DNA of 54,620 nucleotides, the filler included, from Squatina squatina (Eukaryota), in NCBI GenBank assembly GCA_031763465.1. It is 3 parts of 3 records of this genome, joined end to end, with 100 filler letters (N's around TTAATTAATTAA, not from the genome) between each part and the next. Parts side by side here need not be neighbours in the genome. Positions count along the whole stretch, not along the records: positions 34,796 to 54,620 come from JARFOE010000192.1; 2 more parts are not named here. The stretch is one strand, 5' to 3'. The position numbers and the translations under genes are program-made. The notes below the pieces were generated by a model. The model did not search any database, was not told the origin of the DNA, and saw only the letters and a list, made by a program, of their open reading frames with translations. Positions 47,627 to 54,620 of the stretch are shown here, one piece after another (positions within the stretch are counted from its first letter, which is position 1; every line of letters starts with the position of its first letter).

Positions 47627-49019
47627 TGCCGGTGTTCTTGCAGTGTGCATTTGCACCACGATTGTTTTCCTCTCCCTCCCTCGTCGCTTTCGGCCAGGCC
47701 TGTAGGTGGTGAAACACAGCATCAAGATTCCTGTTGCCTTGCATTGTTGCTGAACCACGTTTGCATGTCAGACTCCCACCTCCCCCTCGACGTCAGCTCG
47801 CCTCGGCCAATGATGTGCCTGCTATGCTAATGAGGAGTGCTGGGAAGCAGAAGGGGTCCCTTCTGAATGATTCCTTTCGGAGACATATGTCCCCAATTAG
47901 CAGGCTTCTAGGTGTAGGGTTGTTCCGTATTGTTTAAGACGGTGTTGTTTTTTTTTATTATACACATGTACAGCAGGCTGGCTAGTTTTAAAGAGATATT
48001 ACCTCCATTTACCCTTAACCTGCACTTCAAATTTTCTTAATGCAAAAAAGTATCTTACAACAGGCAGTTTTTTCTGAAACGTACAAGCCCAGAAATGACA
48101 GTGGGATTGGGTGACAGACTGGACAACTGCAACTCATTCCTGCCACCTTGCTAGGATTCCTATCCACCCCCGACTAATTGGATGAAAGACTCTCTCCGAC
48201 AGCTGCAAGGGTCCTGAGTGGAATGAGTTTGGGACAGTCTCGATCCAGTTCCTCAAGGACATGAGCCTATACAACAAAACTGTTCCTAATTGGGCATTGA
48301 TCGGTAATGTAACTCAAGGCAAGTCACAGGACTGGGAAGAATGTCACACTGCTGCAGTAGCAGGTGCTTTGCTAAGGCTGCGGCATATTGCTGGCCCAAA
48401 TTACCTTACGTGTGCCTGTACTATACCTGAGTTAGGAGTACTTGATGCTGACACCGAATGCCTGAAATGAGAAGATTTCTATTCCCCACCTTGATGAGCA
48501 CTATAAAAAGACATGTGTAATTATTTTGAAATTGTTTTTTTGACGGTTGTCATTTTGAATGCTTTGAAAGCCTATAAATATAAAATATGACAGTGCTAAT
48601 TAAGAATTAAGTACTGATATGCACACAAGGTCATTCCAATTCTGATGAAGGTTGCATTCACTTCAAGAAAGCATTTAACTGTACCATATGCAACACAGGA
48701 AACCACAGGTGTGAACATTGAGCCAAACAGAAAATCTAAGGTGACCCACAGTGGGTAATTTCAGGTATATTCAAAGATACCCAAGATATCCTGAATGCTA
48801 TCCCTATATTTCCATAATTTCCATAATTGTTGCATAAGTGTTGCATGTTATCTACACTTACTACAACACCCTCTCAGCTTTAAAACTAAGTTGAATTGCT
48901 CAGATGAATGGATTTTATTTCACAAACCACTGCTCATTAGTATTTAAAGGGAAGAAGGTCCCAATTAAAAATATGCAACATCAAAATGAATGTGATTATC
49001 ACCATGTCACCATTATTAT

Positions 49020-49155
49020 TTCTTGTTGTAAATAATTAGCTTTCACTTGGAACATCAAAGTCATACCGAAATCATGGATGCCAGAAATGTACAGCCCCAT
49101 AACCGGCTTTTGCAATGTCTCCCCGGGTGCGTGGGAACATCGCAATTTCAGGCCC
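49020..49155. mobile_element. Harbinger-like MITE right end
   Basis: Ends CAATTTCAGGCCC|ATT, the exact reverse complement of AAT|GGGCCTGAAATTG at 2933 and 8466. Confidence 0.6.
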
Positions 49156-50244
49156 ATTATTATGATTGGGCAGAGTCAACATGGANNNNNNNNNNNNNNN
49201 NNNNNNNNNNNNNNNNNNNNNNNNNNNNNNNNNNNNNNNNNNNNNNNNNNNNNNNNNNNNNNNNNNNNNNNNNNNNNNNNNNNNNTGAGAGTTAGAAGCA
49301 CTTATTTTCTTCTCTGTGGTAGGGTTCAAGTTTGGCCTGTGCACTATGTGCTGAGGTGGCCTATATGTGTATCAATACGGTACTTGTCAAAAGACATGGC
49401 TTTTGGGTCATACTCAGCAGTGTCTTCTGGGTAGTTTATAGATCTCACAGGAAACAGCTTTTTTTTAAAGTAACAAAGACACAAGGTTCTTCCCAAAGGT
49501 CATAAACTGCCCAAAGACATGAAAACCAAGGAATTTAAAGCAACGGTTCTTCAGGGGAATGAGATTAGGTCATTTCAGTGTAGATTCTCACTCAAGATAC
49601 TTGAGTTTTTGCACAAAATTATAAAAATGTGGCAGGCAGGCCATCTGAAATTTCAATAACTAGACAAAGTACTCTTAGACACAAAGTTAATAAGAAATGC
49701 TGATCTTTACCAACAGCAAAAGCAGCGCGATTCAGGTAATCAAGTAAATACTGTCAGGGCTTTGAAAATAAATATAAAGTCAAATTAATTTATATACAAA
49801 TCTGGCTGAAGTAAATTCCTTGTAAATTCCTGGCTTAGCCAGAACTTGTATAGTCATTCCTGGTACATCCAATTCTGCACTGAGACTTTGACATGTCCCA
49901 CTGATCTTTCCTTTGGATCATAAATCATGACTCCAGTTGTTGACAACGATCTTTTTTTTCTCTGACCTTATTCTTAAAACTGATCCTTTAAGTTTCTGGT
50001 CCTGACACAGCTACTTTACTCTTGTAGTTAGGTGATTTAATCATCGATGAATGACACTGACCTCTAAAATGTCCTTACTGGGCTATTCCCCAAAAAAATG
50101 GGTTAAAAGATACCGACAGGTTGCAAAATAAACACAAGTAAAATGCTGGTGACCCTTTCTGGGACACTATTCTGAATGCTCAATTTTTCTCTGTTTCACG
50201 TTCAATGGGGTTTCAATAACCCCACTGAACCCAGCAGGTCTCCA

Positions 50245-50540
50245 CGGTGAGAAAGGGGAGAGAGATAAAGAAAGCAAGATACAACAACAGTAAAAACCAT
50301 GAAACAAAGAGCAAAAGACTGATAGAGGAAGAGGCAAAGAGAGAGAATGTAAGAGGGAGAGACACAGAGAGAGAAAATGTAAGTGAGAAAGAGAGAAGGG
50401 ATGTGTAGCAAATGAATAACAGCCAGAGCGAGGGAGATAGATTAACCGAGCAAGTGTACAAGAGATGTAAAGAGAAAGACAGATAGAGAGGCAAAGAGAA
50501 AGAGAGAGATTGTGAAGGAGTCAGGGAGAAAGAAAGAATT
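50245..50540. repeat. GA-rich low-complexity tract
   Basis: Purine-rich degenerate (GA)n. Confidence 0.8.
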
Positions 50541-52389
50541 TATGAACTGCAAGGCCTTCAGGAGGGTTAATAAAAGCATATTATGGGCCAGTTATAAATA
50601 AACAATGATTGACAAAGAGACTTTTATTGAACGTTTTGTCACATATCGATTGAGGGATGATGAGCCTCTCTGTGAATTAAGGGACTGTTTTTTTCTTTCA
50701 TCCATCAGGAGCCGGATGGTTGGTGCGAAGCAATTATTCTCCCTTTCACAAAGATGAGAAACGAGAGGAGGTTTTTTTTTTTGTTTTGAATTTAGATTTA
50801 ATTTGGTTTGCAGCGAGTCTCCTATCAGGTGTCAGCACGAGCAATTGGGAGAGGCCTGCGCGACCAGATAAGGCCCGTTCCCCAGCTAAGCCTGATTACT
50901 GCTGCCTGGGAGAAAGGGGGGGGAGGAGGAGGAGAGAGAATTGGCCTCTTTCAGAATAGTAAATGGGAGTGCAGGATCGCAGCTTGGGTCTGCAATGGTA
51001 TCAGCAGTCTCAGCCTTCTGTCTGCATTTGTCACTCGACAGGAACAGTCCAAAATCTCAACTTGTAGGGGGGAGGGGTGGGTCACCCTAAAAAACAAAAA
51101 AAATACAAGGGTCCGACTGTACATCAAGNNNNNNNNNNNNNNNNNNNNNNNNNNNNNNNNNNNNNNNNNNNNNNNNNNNNNNNNNNNNNNNNNNNNNNNN
51201 NNNNNNNNNNNNNNNNNNNNNNNNNCTGCCGTCCCCTCCGCACACAGCGCTTTGTTTTTCAATGCTGGTAAAACACATATCAGTGTTTCAGATTATTCCA
51301 ATCCGCGGTTTCGGCTCCATTCAATAAGGCCCCGCTTTAATTGGCCACTTTCCCACTCGTGGCTCCCCTTCTCTCTCTCAGCCACGCTCCCTCAGGGATA
51401 AATGGTGATGGTTGGGGGAGGCAGGCGGTGATTCGTGCGCATGAAAGGAGGAGTGTCGGCAGAAGTAATGATGTGCTTAACCCATTAGGGCGACTTGATT
51501 AAACAGTAACACCAGACAGACAGAGAGGGGGAAGCTCAGCTGGTAATAAATTTCATCTCCCCGAGTTGAAAGACAATAGTTCATCTTTAGGGACTGTGGG
51601 AATTTCTTTTTTTTTAAAAAAAACTCAGGGACCATGTAAGAAATCCGAACTGCTCCCATAAACGTGTGGATGTGCAGCCTGTCCCCCTGAGCCCCGCACC
51701 CACTGAGGGAAGGAAGGAGGTTGAGCTGGTGTGGAGGGCGATGCACCAGGGCATAGCATACAGCAAAAATAGACACTCCAACATGTTGAGGGGGGGTGGG
51801 ATTGTAAGTTTTGGACCCGCCTGGCAGTGGGAGGGGCGACCGGGCACTCCACAGCGTGGGTCACAGCGGGGACAGGNNNNNNNNNNNNNNNNNNNNNNNN
51901 NNNNNNNNNNNNNNNNNNNNNNNNNNNNNNNNNNNNNNNNNNNNNNNNNNNNNNNNNNNNNNNNNNNNNNNNNNNNATGTCAAGGAAAGAAAGAACGAAA
52001 ATTAAAACTGGAAAGAATGAAGTGGACGTTTGTTTGGCAGTGACTGGGTGATGTATTGATTTGTACTCTTTTAAAGTCAGAGTGAAATTTTGTTTACCTC
52101 CAATAACTTATTAAAGGGAAGCCATGTGACTTGGAGTGTACATAGGTGGAGTAAGTAGAGAAGGATTACGCTCACTATGGGAATGTAAATGTTTATAAAT
52201 CTGTTAAAAAAAATTGTATATTTTTTCTCAAAATATTTATTGATGTGAAATTGAAATGTATATGTTCAAGTTGAATGTATTTGTTTTGATAACCCACAGA
52301 GGTGGGCCTCTCACTATCAAAGTGAGATCTGCAAACCTGGGAGTTTCCTTTTAGTCGTGGAATGGCTGACATCATTAATCTTTCCCTGG

Positions 52390-52446
52390 CCAATCAAGAG
52401 AGAGGGAGAGGGAGGGGGGGCATTTGCCACAAGGTTACATATAAAA
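52390..52446 (+). promoter_or_regulatory. SLC39A4 core promoter candidate: CCAAT box, G-rich Sp/KLF box and TATA box
   Basis: CCAAT 52390-52394, GGGAGGGGGGG ~52410-52420 and TATAAAA 52440-52446, about 125 nt upstream of the ATG at 52569. Confidence 0.6.
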
Positions 52447-52568
52447 CTCATCAACTTTAACTAGCAGCCATTTGAATGTCTTTGCACAGAAGTACTCAAG
52501 GTTTTACTCAATAAGCTTTTGTGTGAACGGGGTGGAGAGATCCTTTCCCTTTTTTTGTTTGCTGCACT

Positions 52569-52716
52569 ATGCTTAGGCTGTCTCTACTGCTCCCCGTGCT
52601 TTTAGCTGCCCTAAAGCAGGCAGCTTCGCAGGGAAATGGATCTCTCTTTATCACTGAGCAAGAGGTCTTCAGGAGAGTGCTGGATCTCCTGGTCCCAGGA
52701 GAAGACATTCTGAGCG
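52569..52716 (+). CDS. SLC39A4: SLC39A4/ZIP4 first coding exon (partial; runs into gap)
   Basis: MLRLSLLLPVLLAALKQAASQGNGSLFITEQEVFRRVLDLLVPGEDILS: signal peptide, NGS sequon and a segment resembling the start of the ZIP4 ectodomain. Lies upstream of a clear ZIP4-type exon on the same strand. Confidence 0.7.
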
Positions 52717-53432
52717 NNNNNNNNNNNNNNNNNNNNNNNNNNNNNNNNNNNNNNNNNNNNNNNNNNNNNNNNNNNNNNNNNNNNNNNNNNNNNNNNNNNN
52801 NNNNNNNNNNNNNNNNTCTCAAATGTGTTGGATTGAGAAGATCTTGGATCTGAATTACCTTGGATTTACTGCCACTGCGTCACTATAATTTCACTGAAAT
52901 TGCAGCATAATCCCTGCAAAGTTACAGCGAGCCAAAGAAATAAAGTTGGAGAAAATTCAGGGCTTTTGTGATAGGCATTTTCCGACATCTCAAACGTGGA
53001 ATATTGTTGTGATTTTAATCTTAATTGTTCCAGCCATTATATAGAATTACATAGAAATTACAACACAGAAACAGGCCGTTTGGCCCAACTTGTCCATTCT
53101 CTGTGCATTGCCTGTCTGTGTGCGCATCAGGTGAGCTAGTGAAATGTTTTATAATCTGAGGTACTTTGCATTATTTTCCATACGTACCAATCTATGAGAC
53201 GAACACAAATAATACCGAGGGAGCTTTTATCTACTCACCCTTTGTTACAAAGCCCTACAAGAATCCCCTTAGTTGTTTATTGTACTTTTGGACCGCTCAG
53301 CTATAATGGATTAGAATATGCTGTAACGGAAGGAAATAAATGAATCAACTGGAGTAAAGTCACAACTTAAATATATCACAAAATATTGTTGGAGTGTGTA
53401 TATATAACCTGTTGACATCCCTGTCTCCACAG

Positions 53433-53585
53433 GCTTGCGGGTGCTTCCATACATGATAGTGATTGGTGATGGTATCCACAACTTTGCAGATGGGCTGGCT
53501 CTGGGAGCAGCCTTCTCTGTCTCCTGGAAGGCAGGACTCGCCACAACACTTGCGGTTTTATGCCATGAACTTCCTCATGAAATGG
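53433..53585 (+). CDS. SLC39A4: SLC39A4/ZIP4 exon encoding the TM4-TM5 metal site (153 nt)
   Basis: ccacag|GC TTG CGG...GAA ATG G|gtatg encodes [50 protein letters not shown], with the LIV-1 subfamily HNFADG and HELPHE motifs. The LPYMI..SWK signature and adjacency to CPSF1 favour SLC39A4. Confidence 0.92.
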
Positions 53586-54460
53586 GTATGATTTGTTTTT
53601 GTTTTTTAATACTCCTTTATCACAAGATAACTATGAATAAGGAAGGCCATGGTTCATCTATCCAGAACGACCCTAAAACTCCTCTATTGTAGTATCCGAT
53701 TGTTATGTTGGGATCCCCATGTTTCTGATTCACATGCTTAAACATTAAATGGAAATAGCTATATGGGGAGCATCAAGCAGTTCCTTGTGCTTCACCAGAA
53801 ACAGTTCANNNNNNNNNNNNNNNNNNNNNNNNNNNNNNNNNNNNNNNNNNNNNNNNNNNNNNNNNNNNNNNNNNNNNNNNNNNNNNNNNNNNNNNNNNNN
53901 NNNNNNNNCAACTATAGAACTGGGTGCTTTTTATGGTGCAAGGGAAAATGGCTTAAAAATGTCTCGCCCATTACCTACTGAGTTTGTCACACTTCAATGT
54001 ATTAAAAGTATGAAAAAAGAAAAGCAGCCATTTCAAGCTGGTTTCTTCTCCCCTGGAGCCAGAAATTTACAGGCAGCCGCCAGTCTGCAAAGTTCAATTA
54101 CCAAGAACCATTAACCTCTAATGCTCCTCACCGTATGCTTCCATAGACCGTGAATAAACTATGTGGCTTAAAAGGGACAGGTCAGGCTATACATAACTGC
54201 ATCGTAGCAGTACAATAACACATTGTGCCTTACGTGGTACAGTATAAGACTAATATTATAAAGCAGCATATCTACTGTGAGGAACGTTACGGGAGATTCG
54301 TTATTGTTTTTTTACTAAAATCTACTAACACTTCGTCAGCTAGTGAGATTGAGTCTTACTGTGTTTTAATGGAAAGGAGAAATGTAACGTCTTTACAGCA
54401 GCATTGATTCCGATAGTATTGCTGTTTCCATCTGATTAGCACCCATCCTCTCACCCACAG

Positions 54461-54607
54461 GCAGAAATCCAGTTTCCTCCCCAGTTACATCATCGACGTT
54501 CGAGAGCTGGATGAAAAGTTGCTGAACGTGATTGACATGCAGTTCCTGTACGGTTACTATGAGCCCACATTACTCATCCTCTTTGAGCCTAACCAGACTT
54601 GGCCTGG
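54461..54607 (+). CDS. CPSF1: CPSF1 (CPSF160) internal exon (147 nt; not in ORF track)
   Basis: cccacag|G CAG AAA TCC...TGG CCT GG|gtatgt encodes [49 protein letters not shown]. Confidence 0.98.
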
Positions 54608-54620
54608 GTATGTATGTACA

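Noticed and set aside
48641-48675. Second hammerhead-like CTGATGA...GAAAGC
   Set aside because: No convincing stem II in register and no PLE flanking sequence.
50808-51401. 197-aa ORF
   Set aside because: Length is inflated by a gap; no homology or exon signals.

Overview
Vertebrate genomic DNA, most likely a shark or other cartilaginous fish (inferred from the repeat complement: DeuSINE/SacSINE1-like SINEs, CR1, L2, RTE, PIF/Harbinger, Penelope ends). The assembly is very fragmented, with ~100-N gaps every 0.5-2 kb that are much larger in reality. Two gaps carry an artificial TTAATTAATTAA linker, dividing the window into three joined scaffolds. Scaffold 1 (1-21540) has no recognisable host exons, only repeats and AT/homeobox-site-rich non-coding DNA. 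Scaffold 2 (21641-34695) holds five exons of RBBP8/CtIP on the minus strand. Scaffold 3 (34796-54620) is an 8q24.3-like block with scattered plus-strand exons of BOP1 (2), DGAT1 (1), a TBC1D20-like gene (2), SLC39A4/ZIP4 (2, plus a promoter) and CPSF1 (1). Several exons were read directly from the sequence and are absent from the ORF track; most ORF-track entries are spurious or chimeric across gaps. I found no convincing wholly novel biological system. The best leads are a probable TBC1D20 ohnolog lost in mammals, a start-stop uORF in the CtIP 5' UTR, a decayed Penelope hammerhead motif, an unexplained ~81-bp degenerate triplication, a SINE-derived minisatellite and nested Harbinger elements. 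All comparisons with human proteins are from memory, not from a search; repeat boundaries are approximate.
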